Shown here: one piece after another, positions 38,554 through 49,305 of the stretch | Position numbering within the stretch: the first letter of the stretch is position 1 | Layout of the letters: the number at the start of each line of letters is the position of its first letter | From: a virus | Lineage: Duplodnaviria > Caudoviricetes | Strand: one strand, 5' to 3' | Length of the DNA: 55,002 nt | IMG/VR virus record: IMGVR_UViG_3300011339_001338 | Coordinates: 1-55,002 of that record | Translations under genes and position numbers: made by a program | The notes under the pieces: generated by a model | What the model was told of the DNA's origin: nothing | Database searches by the model: none | Seen by the model: the letters and a program-made list of their open reading frames with translations, nothing else

Positions 38554-39794
38554 AAATTTCCTGTTATTCTTTCACCCCAACCCTTTGATTTGGAGTATGG
38601 CCATACAACCCAATATTTTGGTTTTGAGGTTGTTTGGAATTCCCTCCAAACTTTACAGTATCCATCAGGGTCATTTTTCATACCTCTAATTTCATTTGGG
38701 TCGGCATCCTTTCTATAAATTGTATTATCATTCTCATCATGGAATGCAACCGCCCAAAAGTCATAATCTTCTTCAGGAACTTGAGTATATCCAATATCAA
38801 TACAATGTTTAAATATGGATGCAAATGATTCCATCCATTCTTCTTCACTTGAGTAATTGTAAGTGTTTGGTGGATATTTTTTATCTAATGTTTCTTGTTG
38901 GACCGCTCTTTTAGAAAAAAGTAACCCTGAGTAGATTTCGTAATCTCTTAGAGTTCTTTCGGGACCAAATCCAAATATACCGTGGTCCATCGGTTCTTCA
39001 TTATCCATACCAAAAAGAGCTCTATTTTTTTTGTGACAATAGTTATTTCTTTCAACCCATTTCTTATCATCATCCCACTGTTTTGTTCTTCCTTTACGAG
39101 TATACTCATGCCAAATAAGAGTTTTGTGAGGATGGAATAAATCATATCCCCAAGTATAAGCTCTTGCCCCAATAGAGATTTCTTCTCCGTGGAAATAATA
39201 ATCAGGGTCATGCTGAACTTCTTTGGCAAATTGACCTAAAGTAAAGCAATAGTGTGCCGAGTAAAATCTTGCAGTTACTGGTTCAGTTAGATTTTGCCAC
39301 CCTGGTATTGTTTCGGGTAAAAAGAATACCGCTCCTTCAGGAATGAATCTATCAAAAGCCATTCGCCATGGCTCTTGAACTCTCGCGCCTGGGTCATTAT
39401 CAGGGTCAAATGATGAAACATAACCCGTCAGAAGTGGTTTTTTATAACCTTTCTTTTGAAGTTGTTTAATCATTTTAATCATCTCCTCATCCCAATTTGG
39501 GGCAAACCTCATATGAGAATCAATTTGAAGGGTATACTCTTCATTGTCATATAGTTGTTGTACCAAATGTCTAGCCCAGCACGCCCCTTTCGATTCCGAA
39601 TAAGGTATATTCAATATTTTAAATCTCTTATCATTATCATACTTAGATAAATCATCAAATTTATCATCAGGGTGAAATTGTCTAGCAATTGCAAATACTA
39701 AATTTTTTGGTTTTTTTGCATTTTCTATTGCTGATTCTATCGTCTTTACCAGCTCTGGGTCTCTATAAGATGCAATTTGAATAAAAATTTTCAT
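38550..39794 (-). CDS. GT60-like UDP-GlcNAc:polypeptide/hydroxyproline GlcNAc-transferase
   Basis: IFIQIASYRDPEL, SKGACWAR, LQIDSHMRF..WD (DxH), FHGEEI...RAYTWGYD and WHEY.R are hallmark motifs of the Gnt1/Gnt2/OGNT family. No signal peptide or TM segment is visible. Confidence 0.8.
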   Translation of the reverse strand: MKIFIQIASYRDPELVKTIESAIENAKKPKNLVFAIARQFHPDDKFDDLSKYDNDKRFKILNIPYSESKGACWARHLVQQLYDNEEYTLQIDSHMRFAPNWDEEMIKMIKQLQKKGYKKPLLTGYVSSFDPDNDPGARVQEPWRMAFDRFIPEGAVFFLPETIPGWQNLTEPVTARFYSAHYCFTLGQFAKEVQHDPDYYFHGEEISIGARAYTWGYDLFHPHKTLIWHEYTRKGRTKQWDDDKKWVERNNYCHKKNRALFGMDNEEPMDHGIFGFGPERTLRDYEIYSGLLFSKRAVQQETLDKKYPPNTYNYSSEEEWMESFASIFKHCIDIGYTQVPEEDYDFWAVAFHDENDNTIYRKDADPNEIRGMKNDPDGYCKVWREFQTTSKPKYWVVWPYSKSKGWGERITGNL

Positions 39795-39860
39795 GAAATT
39801 ATACTAATTTCAAAAATAATAATTTCAAAACTGATTAATCTGAATAGTTTTTACAATAAA

Positions 39861-42800
39861 TTATTCACAATCCATAGATGATGTATTACAAGAAATTAAA
39901 GAGGATGCCCCAATTATAACACTAAATTGATTATCAATAATAGGTATATTCCCAGCAAACTGAGCATGTACAAACTCATCCGCAATATACGGTTGAGTAT
40001 TTGGTATAGAAAAATAACTTTGGTCAGAAGATACCCAATATATTATATTATTTCCTATTTGGAAAAACCCTCCATCGCCAACAGCAATTCCGCCATCTAC
40101 CCCTTGAGTTGATTTTTGATAACAAAGAATTGCTGGCGTCGGATTATTAAAGAAATTCCACGAAATAATTTGAGTGCTTGGCCTATGAATCATTTGTCCT
40201 GCGGTTGTTACCATGATATCTCTTGTTTCATAAGAAGCGGTTTGAGGAAAAAATCCACCTGTTAATTCAGTAATTGTTGATGAAACAGGACTTGAGGTAA
40301 TATTCACCAAAATAAGTCTTTGATTTGTATGATTTTTACTTGTTGATATTAAATTGTTTGTAGAGGCGTAAGCAAGTCCTTGACCCAAGAGATACGGAAC
40401 TGAAATTATTCTGTTAAATATTAAATTATAACTATTATTATTACCGGCTATTTTCCATTCCCAAATTTCACTAGAATTTGTACTAGCACTTAAACTTACC
40501 CACAATAATCCGTCAACAAGGTTTTGGGTGTTTGTAATTAAATTATGGGCAATATCTCTAGTTCTATAATTTGAACTATAAGTTGGTACATTCGGAACAC
40601 TAAGTTCAATCAATTCATTAGTATCAAAATTCCACCTTGCAATTCTAAAAATTGGTAATTCTGGCACTTCGGCATTTGATGGTAAAACATATAAAAATAA
40701 TGGACAACAAAGTGGAGGTGGAGGTAAGATATTTGGAATTAAATCAACTGTGGTACATGGATTCGTTGTTATTGATGGTATTAACCTTGGACTCGAAGCG
40801 CTGTGTGGACCCCTTCTTCCTGTTGGGATTACCCCGTTGAAAATTTCAACTGGACTTCCGTCACCAGTCGTTAAATCCAATTGTTGTACGGTGAATCCAC
40901 CTGAGTCAATTTGACTCGTTTGTTTAACCATCCATAATCTTTCATTATATATAGTTATAGAATTTTTTATATTACTATAACTAGTAATAGTCCCATACCA
41001 ATGAACAAAATTTGGTTGGTTTGCGGTATCTTGAATGTAATTATATTGTAATAATAACTGATTATTATTTGGTTGGTTTGGATTGGCATTCCATTTTGCC
41101 TTTATAATTAATTGATTGCTGTCAGTTAAAACCATGTCGGCCCAAACAATCACTTTATTAAAAATTGTATTAGTATTTTGAGGTATGTTTACAATACCAT
41201 TGGTCGTGTTGAAGGAGGCTCCGGCCAAAGGTAATGGAAACATGTTAGTAATGTTAGTTGAGGATAAAGTAAAAGAGCCAGTTTGCGAAATATCAATTTG
41301 AACAATTTGTGCTGGATTGTTGGCATTTGATAAATTGTTAGATGCGGGTATTGTACTCGCAATTAAAGTATTGTTATCTCTGACACATAATCCAAAACCT
41401 AAAATAATACTAGATGGGATAGTGATTCTTCTATTGTAAGTCGTTGTAAATCCGATTCCGAGAGTGAATAGTAAATCCCATTCGTCTATTACTTGTGAGT
41501 TCGAAGTTTGTCTATGTAACACCCACATTTTTCCAGTGTTGGTTGTGTAGTTCAATGTGTGAGCAATGTTGGCGTCAGACCCCGGAAAATTAACCGCAGT
41601 TGTACCGGCAGGTAGGTTTAAAGCTAAAACAGGGTCTGCAACATTTGTGTCAAACTGATAAGTAGTTACCGTAACATTTGGCTGATTTACTTGTTGTATT
41701 GGGTATGGCCCAAATATAAGTAATGGGCGACATCTTGGGTCGACAAAATCAAATCCTAAGAATGAATCATTACATGAACCATAGGTTGACGCTCCTCTTA
41801 AATTTCCAAGGTTAGTATTATTAATTACAACAGCCAAATCTCCTTGTGTGTCAATATTATAAACTTTAGAACCGGTTGATGAATTTTGGACAACATAGAA
41901 AACTCCATTTTCGATAAAAATTTCAGTAGTGAATGATGAATTTGATTGACTAAGATTCCATAAAAATAATTCTCCGTCCAATGTAGTTCCGTCAAGAGTA
42001 TCGTCACAAGTAAACTGTTGTAAAAATATTTGGTTACCTGAACTAATAGATTTTGCAACTATAACCCAAAGTTTATTTGTTGACCTTAATATATCTCCTT
42101 GTACCGTTTGACCACTAGGATATTCAATTAAAGGAATTGAGATTCCTGTGTTTACATCATACATTACCACCGCACATAACCACGGAGATGTGTTAAACCA
42201 CCTGCCTTGTGAATAATATATTTTACTACCATCAACGGATGACCCCAACCCCTCAAAAAGTGCCGAACTGGTGTATTCACCAAAAGGTGGAGTTGGTAAA
42301 GTTATAAATGATGGTTCACTAATACAAGAAGGCTGCGAAAAATCTACATCCCAATACTTTAAATTATCAATTATTGCGTTATATGATTGTGTGGAATTTC
42401 TAAGTACATATATTCTACCAGAACCATCTGGATTTAGGGTTACAGTAATATCTCGATATGATTCATTATTATTAGGTAAATCAAGTAATACGGATGAATT
42501 ACTAACTAAATTGTAAATCCATATATTTGGTAAATTTCTTGACATTAAAAAGGTTTGGCAACCTGGAAATCCTTGTGTTGGATTAATACATGCCGGCCTA
42601 ACACAAACATTTTGAATAAATATTGAGGGGTCTAAAATACCTGGCACCTGATATCCAAATCCATCGTCTGACGGGGCTATCGGGATTATAATAAAGTCAT
42701 TACCACCTGAGCAAGTCATAGTGAAATCTATTATCATGTACCCCCCAAATATATTGGCATAAAAAGGTTCAGAAATATTAGTACCTAAACCTATTCTTAC

Positions 42801-44591
42801 ACCTCTTAGTAAATTATCAAGTCCTTCGGGAGGCTCTTGCCCCGACGCAATAAAATATGAATAGGGGGGGAACCATACTTCCATAGTAATTTGATACTCA
42901 ATCTCAGTCTGCAAAACATCTGCATACATTATTGATGCTGCACCATCTTGGCCTCCGTAAACAAGGGCTCCTCCATACTCCTCAGTCCAACTCCACTGAG
43001 TGTTTGCTGCTCCTCCAAATTGAGTCCATCCATCAATATTATATCTAAAAAAACCATTAGAAATTACATTAAAATATATATTTGGAGAATAAGCACATTT
43101 AAAATCCTCTCTAGCGCAACTATAATAATTAAAATCTATTAGTTGGCAAGGTCCGTTATCGGTTACAAATAAAAATTGGTCAAAATTGTCATTTGTTACC
43201 GATATACTTCCTGCAACAGCGCAAAAAGTTTCTTGTAATGGATAATATTCATATTGATTCAGACTGGTGTCATTAAAGAAGTAACCAATTTGTAATTCTC
43301 GTGATATTTGTTGGGGAGTCTCAGTACATGTTACATATGAAATTCCAATAACTTGGGGTAAACCATCTGGTGGTTGGTTATATTCGACAATACTTCCTTG
43401 TAAATTTGTATTCATGTTGACGACTGTATAACATCTACATGGTAAGTCTTCCCCCACGGCCAATAAAAGTTTAAGACACACATTTGTAATACTTATTGGT
43501 TTTAATTCATCTGAACATGAAGAATACGCCAATATTTTCAGTTTTGTCCCACCTTGGCAGGTAATTGTGGTTGAAAATCTTTGTCTACCGGGTTGGACAA
43601 TGTTAACAGAGTAATTATTTCCAGCATATATCTTAATGTAAGCATTACCTCCGCATTTTGGTAATTGTAACATCTGAAGGTCAAATGAAATGTAATATTC
43701 ATTACCCTCAACTAAACAATCTTGAACCAAACATCCTGAGTTAATTCCCCCAACATAATTTGCGCCGCCTCCGTATATTACTTCTGAGTATTTCCAAGAT
43801 TGCTCAGGAGTTAAAGGATTACCGTTCAAATCCTCTAATGACCACCCATTTAAATTGTTAGCAAATGATGGATTTGTTATAATGTTATCTTCACATGGAC
43901 CTCCACACTCAATTTGCGGAACCGTAATATTATTAACCACTGTGGTTCCTGTATTTGGAGTTATCGCAAATGGTTTACTTGAAATATTTTTAGTCCCAAC
44001 CGAGCCCCTAATTGCTTGGAAATACCATGTATCTCCAGGATAAACAAAATCTTGGGTAATAGGTTGTTTTGTGTTACAATCTAAATAGGTAAATGAACCA
44101 TATGGTTCATATTGGTTTCCAGTTATTTTATAGCAAACACATTCTTGAGATTGAACTTTAGGTGGACAAGCCGAGCCCGCAGTACAAGTAGATAACGATT
44201 CAATGTTTACAAATGTATCTGCAGTATATTGACCTGACTTTACACATTTGAATATTGAACTACCTCCATTTATTTTTAATCTTTCTGTAATTCCTTGGCA
44301 ATTTATTATTGATAAAGACGCTCTTTTTTTTGTTAAAGAATTATTTTGAAATTTATAACAATAGCATCTCTCATCTTCTTTTGATAATTCTGTTTGAGGG
44401 TATGTAAATTTATATGTTAAGTTATAATCAGGAAAATAGACCTCATAATCACCCTCAAATAGTCCGTCGTATAGATTGTATGGAAGAGTTACTTGTTCGT
44501 AAGAATATGGTACCCCATCCTTAGGAAATACCCTAATATCAACAGTTTCCCCACTATAATTGGTTGTTAGTATTTGAAGTATTTCAGCCAT
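39861..44591 (-). CDS. Large modular Cys-rich virion-type protein
   Basis: 1576 aa: shared N-terminal module, three CxCY modules, two carbohydrate-binding-like N..F...GW domains, and three propeller-like repeats. Confidence 0.6.
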   Translation of the reverse strand: MAEILQILTTNYSGETVDIRVFPKDGVPYSYEQVTLPYNLYDGLFEGDYEVYFPDYNLTYKFTYPQTELSKEDERCYCYKFQNNSLTKKRASLSIINCQGITERLKINGGSSIFKCVKSGQYTADTFVNIESLSTCTAGSACPPKVQSQECVCYKITGNQYEPYGSFTYLDCNTKQPITQDFVYPGDTWYFQAIRGSVGTKNISSKPFAITPNTGTTVVNNITVPQIECGGPCEDNIITNPSFANNLNGWSLEDLNGNPLTPEQSWKYSEVIYGGGANYVGGINSGCLVQDCLVEGNEYYISFDLQMLQLPKCGGNAYIKIYAGNNYSVNIVQPGRQRFSTTITCQGGTKLKILAYSSCSDELKPISITNVCLKLLLAVGEDLPCRCYTVVNMNTNLQGSIVEYNQPPDGLPQVIGISYVTCTETPQQISRELQIGYFFNDTSLNQYEYYPLQETFCAVAGSISVTNDNFDQFLFVTDNGPCQLIDFNYYSCAREDFKCAYSPNIYFNVISNGFFRYNIDGWTQFGGAANTQWSWTEEYGGALVYGGQDGAASIMYADVLQTEIEYQITMEVWFPPYSYFIASGQEPPEGLDNLLRGVRIGLGTNISEPFYANIFGGYMIIDFTMTCSGGNDFIIIPIAPSDDGFGYQVPGILDPSIFIQNVCVRPACINPTQGFPGCQTFLMSRNLPNIWIYNLVSNSSVLLDLPNNNESYRDITVTLNPDGSGRIYVLRNSTQSYNAIIDNLKYWDVDFSQPSCISEPSFITLPTPPFGEYTSSALFEGLGSSVDGSKIYYSQGRWFNTSPWLCAVVMYDVNTGISIPLIEYPSGQTVQGDILRSTNKLWVIVAKSISSGNQIFLQQFTCDDTLDGTTLDGELFLWNLSQSNSSFTTEIFIENGVFYVVQNSSTGSKVYNIDTQGDLAVVINNTNLGNLRGASTYGSCNDSFLGFDFVDPRCRPLLIFGPYPIQQVNQPNVTVTTYQFDTNVADPVLALNLPAGTTAVNFPGSDANIAHTLNYTTNTGKMWVLHRQTSNSQVIDEWDLLFTLGIGFTTTYNRRITIPSSIILGFGLCVRDNNTLIASTIPASNNLSNANNPAQIVQIDISQTGSFTLSSTNITNMFPLPLAGASFNTTNGIVNIPQNTNTIFNKVIVWADMVLTDSNQLIIKAKWNANPNQPNNNQLLLQYNYIQDTANQPNFVHWYGTITSYSNIKNSITIYNERLWMVKQTSQIDSGGFTVQQLDLTTGDGSPVEIFNGVIPTGRRGPHSASSPRLIPSITTNPCTTVDLIPNILPPPPLCCPLFLYVLPSNAEVPELPIFRIARWNFDTNELIELSVPNVPTYSSNYRTRDIAHNLITNTQNLVDGLLWVSLSASTNSSEIWEWKIAGNNNSYNLIFNRIISVPYLLGQGLAYASTNNLISTSKNHTNQRLILVNITSSPVSSTITELTGGFFPQTASYETRDIMVTTAGQMIHRPSTQIISWNFFNNPTPAILCYQKSTQGVDGGIAVGDGGFFQIGNNIIYWVSSDQSYFSIPNTQPYIADEFVHAQFAGNIPIIDNQFSVIIGASSLISCNTSSMDCE

Positions 44592-44597
44592 ATAATA

Positions 44598-46766
44598 TTA
44601 TATACAATAATTCGGATTTGAGTAAGTTATTGTCCCACTTGAATAAATTAATGCAAGTTCAAGTTGAGCGGGGCCTGGACTTCCTGAGTACCTAAAATTT
44701 GTTATAGGTGAGGCCTCCATTTTGAAATAATTCAAATTATTTTGGTCAAGTAAAGTTACTTTAATATAAGAATGTCTAAATTGTATATAAGGTATAGGGT
44801 ACACATTTGAATCTTGACCTAAATTAGTGTAGTCACATGTTTGGGCTGAAAGTGATGGAATAAATGTATTATTAATACCCGAATATGGATATGTCAAATT
44901 TGAGTATATAGGAATTGTACTATAATTTTCAGAATCGGTTCTGGCACTTGCCGAATTATTATATATGTTATTAAAAGTAGACTTAAAAGGGTCAACATAT
45001 TTAGAACCTGTAGTTGTTGTAAAATTTAAATTATAATAAGGATTTAATGATGAGTCATTTATAGTGTTAACTGACCCATCAATTCTATCATTACACCCTA
45101 ATGAACAATCATAATTTAAATTTTTAATTATTGTTGGCATTGTAAGTGTCATAAAATAAGGTCCCGTTCCTCCAGTTGTGACCACAGTTGAAGTGTGAAA
45201 ATGATATTCACGATATGGAGTAGAATCACCACAAGTTTCATTTTCCAAATTACCTATTGGAACTTTTAAGTCATAGTGTCTATAATAATTTATATTTGTA
45301 TTATCTGTTGGAGTTCCCGAATAGGACAAATTACTTAAATAAGAATTGTAGAAATACCCTAGGTCAGATATTGTTGAGCAGCTTATAGTAAACAATCCTT
45401 GATTATTAATAATTTGTTTAGTGTAAGTTATTGTGTTACTTGGAGAAGAACAAAGTCTTAAAATTGAACCGGTAGTTTGTGTGTTACAAATAAAATTTTC
45501 AAAATACATATCATAAGTTCTATTTCTTGGACATAAGCTAAGCTCGCTGTTTGGTCCTCCAATAATGTACCTGAAAACATCTGTATTTTGTACATCGGGT
45601 AGGGTGCATCCGCTTAACTGATAACCCACATTAATTACATTACATCCTATTTCATATGCGGTTACAGATGATAATACAATTTTGTAAGGAGTGTCCTCAA
45701 AATTATTTAAACAAGTATAACAATCAAAAGTTTCTAAGCACTTAAAATAAAAATCCCATTTTGTGTTTTGGTTCGTTTCATTTGGTATTACCTCTATTTT
45801 TATATAATCATCATTATTTATAGTCAAACCTGTTAGGCAAGTGACTTTTTTAAATGGACTAGATGAAGGAATTTTTTTTGGTTGAGCATTGACACTTGTA
45901 CCTGTCGAACTATATGGTAATGCGTTTTCTCCAATCTGTAAATTTTCTATTAATATAGGTTCATTTCCATATGATGACCCATAAAATGTCATTTTTAATG
46001 TATCCGAAACATCAAGTCCTTGAAACTTCCAAGCCAAATAATTCGTATTACTTGAAATTGTAAATGTTGCGGATAATGATTGAGGTGGAACACCCACAGA
46101 ATAATTGTCAAATAAATAGTGGTGAGAATAATCACCTATTGTATTACCATTTGAACAAGTAAAAGAACTAACCGTCACTTGTTGACTTTGGAAACAGTCT
46201 AAATTTGCGGGGAAGGTTTCTGACCCACCTGAGGAGGTGAATGTTGCTCCATTAATTATTACTCTATCAATTACAGGAGTATAGGTCCCAGCTTCTATTA
46301 TTGGTGACGAATTCCCTGTTAATGGATGAGTTAAGTTCCAACCTACACCTGAGAATGCGGTCCCGTAACCTGTCGTTAAATACACTTCTGAGTTACCAGA
46401 TTGATACCAATTAATTATATAATCTGATATATTGGTGTCACAAGTCCCAACTAAATTACCAACTATTAGTTGTCCAACTGTTGAGGTAGAATAATTAGTA
46501 AAACTTAAATTACAAGTATTACACAGGTCATTATCTTGTATTGAAATTGTTGCACAGCATGTGCTTTCTGGGTCACGAAACTGTAAAATAGATGAACCCT
46601 CGGGTATACCTGTAATTATGTACGGACAATTTTCTCCGGTTATATCCTCTGTGGAAACAGTTGTAAAAGGAACTGTAAACCCATCTGAATCTGAATAAAT
46701 ATATAGAGTATCACCTAATGGCTCGTACCCTGTGAATGTTATACATGTTGAAGCTGTTAATGACAT
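44598..46766 (-). CDS. Cys/Thr/Ser-rich putative virion surface protein
   Basis: 722 aa, beta-rich composition with many cysteines, within the appendage cluster. Confidence 0.55.
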   Translation of the reverse strand: MSLTASTCITFTGYEPLGDTLYIYSDSDGFTVPFTTVSTEDITGENCPYIITGIPEGSSILQFRDPESTCCATISIQDNDLCNTCNLSFTNYSTSTVGQLIVGNLVGTCDTNISDYIINWYQSGNSEVYLTTGYGTAFSGVGWNLTHPLTGNSSPIIEAGTYTPVIDRVIINGATFTSSGGSETFPANLDCFQSQQVTVSSFTCSNGNTIGDYSHHYLFDNYSVGVPPQSLSATFTISSNTNYLAWKFQGLDVSDTLKMTFYGSSYGNEPILIENLQIGENALPYSSTGTSVNAQPKKIPSSSPFKKVTCLTGLTINNDDYIKIEVIPNETNQNTKWDFYFKCLETFDCYTCLNNFEDTPYKIVLSSVTAYEIGCNVINVGYQLSGCTLPDVQNTDVFRYIIGGPNSELSLCPRNRTYDMYFENFICNTQTTGSILRLCSSPSNTITYTKQIINNQGLFTISCSTISDLGYFYNSYLSNLSYSGTPTDNTNINYYRHYDLKVPIGNLENETCGDSTPYREYHFHTSTVVTTGGTGPYFMTLTMPTIIKNLNYDCSLGCNDRIDGSVNTINDSSLNPYYNLNFTTTTGSKYVDPFKSTFNNIYNNSASARTDSENYSTIPIYSNLTYPYSGINNTFIPSLSAQTCDYTNLGQDSNVYPIPYIQFRHSYIKVTLLDQNNLNYFKMEASPITNFRYSGSPGPAQLELALIYSSGTITYSNPNYCI

Positions 46767-46786
46767 CTATTTTTTATTAATTAAGT

Positions 46787-48715
46787 TTAGCTAGTTGGTG
46801 TTGGAGTTGGTGATGGGGTAACACAATTACAACCTTGTGTTGATATATATGCGGTTGCGCCTACATTTGTAGAAACAACAATAACATTTTTTGCACATAT
46901 ATTTTCAGTTGTAAATTGTGGTACCACTAAGGTTGATACACTATTATTACACCCTGTAAAGGTAAATGTTCCACCTGTCGATGCCCCCCATCCTCCGTAT
47001 AAATTCCAAAAACGACAACAATCCGTGGTTGTTGAGGTTGGAGTATTAGTTGGAGTTAGTGTCAATGTTGAAGTAACTGTTGGTGTTGGACTTGGAGGGA
47101 TATTATTTGTAAAATCTGAAAAACTAAAACCTGATATCCCGCACTCAACACAAGGTATCTGAACTTGTCTTGAAGGTGTTACAGTATGAGTTCTAGTAAT
47201 TGATGGGGTTGGAGTTTTAGTCGGGGTTGTAGTTGTGGTTGGAGTTATGGTCGGGGTTGTAGGTGGTGTTAATGACGGCACAAACCCTAGTGTTACAGAA
47301 GGTGTTGGAGTTGCGGTTTTGGTTGGAGTCATTGTTGGACTAACTGCGGGAACTGGCCTGAAATTAGTATTGATACATTTAATTATTTGTGATGAACCAT
47401 TTACCACTTCATTCAGTGATGAAAATAAAGATGAGTTATATGGATAAGAATTATTAAATGAGTAGATATTACCATCATTACTAAAATCTATTACACAAAT
47501 ATTATTATTATATTGAAAGATACCGTCAGGGTAATTAAATGTGTTTGAAACATCTATATCTACTTGAATTCCTCCATTGTTTAAATAATCATATTGAACT
47601 ATGAATGAGTTCCCATCATTGTCAAATTCGGTAACAATTAAATTATTATTATCTGTTAAAGTCATGTCGCCGGCAACATATCTTCCTTCTTGTATAAAGA
47701 ACATAGTTGTTGGCTGAGCGATATTATTTACTATATTTATTTGGACAATTTCATTAGGTATTCCTGGTACTGAAGTGTAAATTGAGGTTATTAAATTTGT
47801 TCCATTATATACAGCAAGTCCCGTACCATTATTAAATCCAAGAGATATTGTTCTAGAATAGGTTGCACTAAATGGAGAAAACTCAATTAACCATTCTTGT
47901 ATGTAACCATTACCTAATAACCAAAGAGTGTCTAAATCATGTGCAATATCAAGTACAAAGTCAGAAAAATCCCCACCTATAAAATACTCAGTCAACTCAG
48001 TACTTATGTCGGTGATTGGGTTATATGCAAATATTTTACCACCCTTGGTAACATATAAAACATCACAATAATTAACTGTTGGACCAAACTGGGGGGTAAT
48101 AGATACGGTTGGGGTTGGTGTTGGAGTTGATGTGGTTGTTTTTGTAGGAGTATTCGTTAGTGTTTTTGTAGGAGTATTTGTTAGTGTTTTTGTAGGAGTT
48201 GGGGTTGGAGTTCCACAAGAATTATTTACACAAGGTATCCCTTGGGTTGCAATTATTGTTGGTGAACCAGAATATGAACTATATAGTGAGCAGGTTGATA
48301 TTGTACCTAATGGAGGTATTACAGTTGAGAAAAATTTATTATCACAATCGTAATATTGTAAAAACGCAGTTTTAGTTGAATTAGAATTATAAAAACTATA
48401 ACAAAAACAATTACTTGTAGGTGTAGGGGTTGGGGCGTTATAATTTATAGTTTTAGTTGGTGTAGATGTTGGGGTTTTGGTTTGGGTATTTGTTACACTA
48501 GGTGTTGGGGTTAGACAAGGTATTAAGACTTCACAGGTTTCGTTATATTCGGCAAAAAATAAAGTATATGTACCATAATAATAATCTGAACTATAATTGT
48601 AAGGAACTATCACATTTCCAATAACAATAGGTGTTCCACCGCTACAAGGATAGAATGTCAAATATGCAGTTTGCCCGCTATAATTATTTGTGGTGATTTG
48701 GACTACTTGTGGCAT
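46787..48715 (-). CDS. Mucin-like modular protein (start revised to ATG 48715)
   Basis: MPQVVQITTNNYSGQT aligns with paralog N-termini. It has five TPT tracts, two Cys modules and one propeller-like domain. Confidence 0.65.
   Translation of the reverse strand: MPQVVQITTNNYSGQTAYLTFYPCSGGTPIVIGNVIVPYNYSSDYYYGTYTLFFAEYNETCEVLIPCLTPTPSVTNTQTKTPTSTPTKTINYNAPTPTPTSNCFCYSFYNSNSTKTAFLQYYDCDNKFFSTVIPPLGTISTCSLYSSYSGSPTIIATQGIPCVNNSCGTPTPTPTKTLTNTPTKTLTNTPTKTTTSTPTPTPTVSITPQFGPTVNYCDVLYVTKGGKIFAYNPITDISTELTEYFIGGDFSDFVLDIAHDLDTLWLLGNGYIQEWLIEFSPFSATYSRTISLGFNNGTGLAVYNGTNLITSIYTSVPGIPNEIVQINIVNNIAQPTTMFFIQEGRYVAGDMTLTDNNNLIVTEFDNDGNSFIVQYDYLNNGGIQVDIDVSNTFNYPDGIFQYNNNICVIDFSNDGNIYSFNNSYPYNSSLFSSLNEVVNGSSQIIKCINTNFRPVPAVSPTMTPTKTATPTPSVTLGFVPSLTPPTTPTITPTTTTTPTKTPTPSITRTHTVTPSRQVQIPCVECGISGFSFSDFTNNIPPSPTPTVTSTLTLTPTNTPTSTTTDCCRFWNLYGGWGASTGGTFTFTGCNNSVSTLVVPQFTTENICAKNVIVVSTNVGATAYISTQGCNCVTPSPTPTPTS
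48138..48199. repeat. 24-bp tandem repeat, about 2.6 copies
   Basis: GTTTTTGTAGGAGTATT(C/T)GTTAGT units encoding TKTLTNTP. Confidence 0.85.
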
Positions 48716-48725
48716 CTTTTTAAAA

Positions 48726-48732
48726 ATAAATA
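48726..48732 (-). promoter_or_regulatory. TATTTAT putative late promoter motif
   Basis: Upstream of ATG 48715; supports the revised start. Confidence 0.55.
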
Positions 48733-48744
48733 TCAATAAATTTT

Positions 48745-49305
48745 TTATTTGACTATAACACCCTTCAAAAGTTGTCCACCTCCGTCAGTTAAGATATATA
48801 TAATACTAAGTGGTGATAATGGAGTGGTTGTTAGAGTCACACTTGGGGTTGGGGTCGGTGTGGTAGTTGAGGTTAAAGTAACGCTTAGGGTCGGAGTATT
48901 TGTAGATACTGGAGTAACGCTTGGAGTCGGAGTATTTGTAGGCACTGGGGTCACACTTGGAGTCGGGCTGACTATTTCATATTCCACATCACAAACAGGT
49001 ACCTCGATAAAAATGTAGTTAATGTCACACGAAGAAACTGTTGTTGTTAATGCTGACATGTCACAATCAGGGACATTAATTAGATTAGGTACTATGTCTA
49101 TAGGCGGTATATCTATTGTTTTGGTAAAAGTTGTGTCTAACTTAGGTATATAAAAATAGTAAGTTCCTCCTTTTTGGTCTGTGGTATATTCAAATGGGAA
49201 TGTACCAGAACCCAAATCTATTCTTGTAGTTGAGCTATATTTTGAATATTGAACTTTAATAGGTTCACCCAAAAAAGTTTGACTGACAAACCTATAAGTA
49301 ATCAT
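48745..49305 (-). CDS. Small mucin-like protein with shared N-terminal module
   Basis: 186 aa with three CD-x units and 12-aa repeats PTPSVTPV(P/S)TNT. Confidence 0.6.
   Translation of the reverse strand: MITYRFVSQTFLGEPIKVQYSKYSSTTRIDLGSGTFPFEYTTDQKGGTYYFYIPKLDTTFTKTIDIPPIDIVPNLINVPDCDMSALTTTVSSCDINYIFIEVPVCDVEYEIVSPTPSVTPVPTNTPTPSVTPVSTNTPTLSVTLTSTTTPTPTPSVTLTTTPLSPLSIIYILTDGGGQLLKGVIVK

Noticed and set aside
48716-48736. Upstream start of the 649 aa ORF (MIFIFKK)
   Set aside because: It overlaps the TATTTAT motif, and paralog alignment begins at MPQVVQ.
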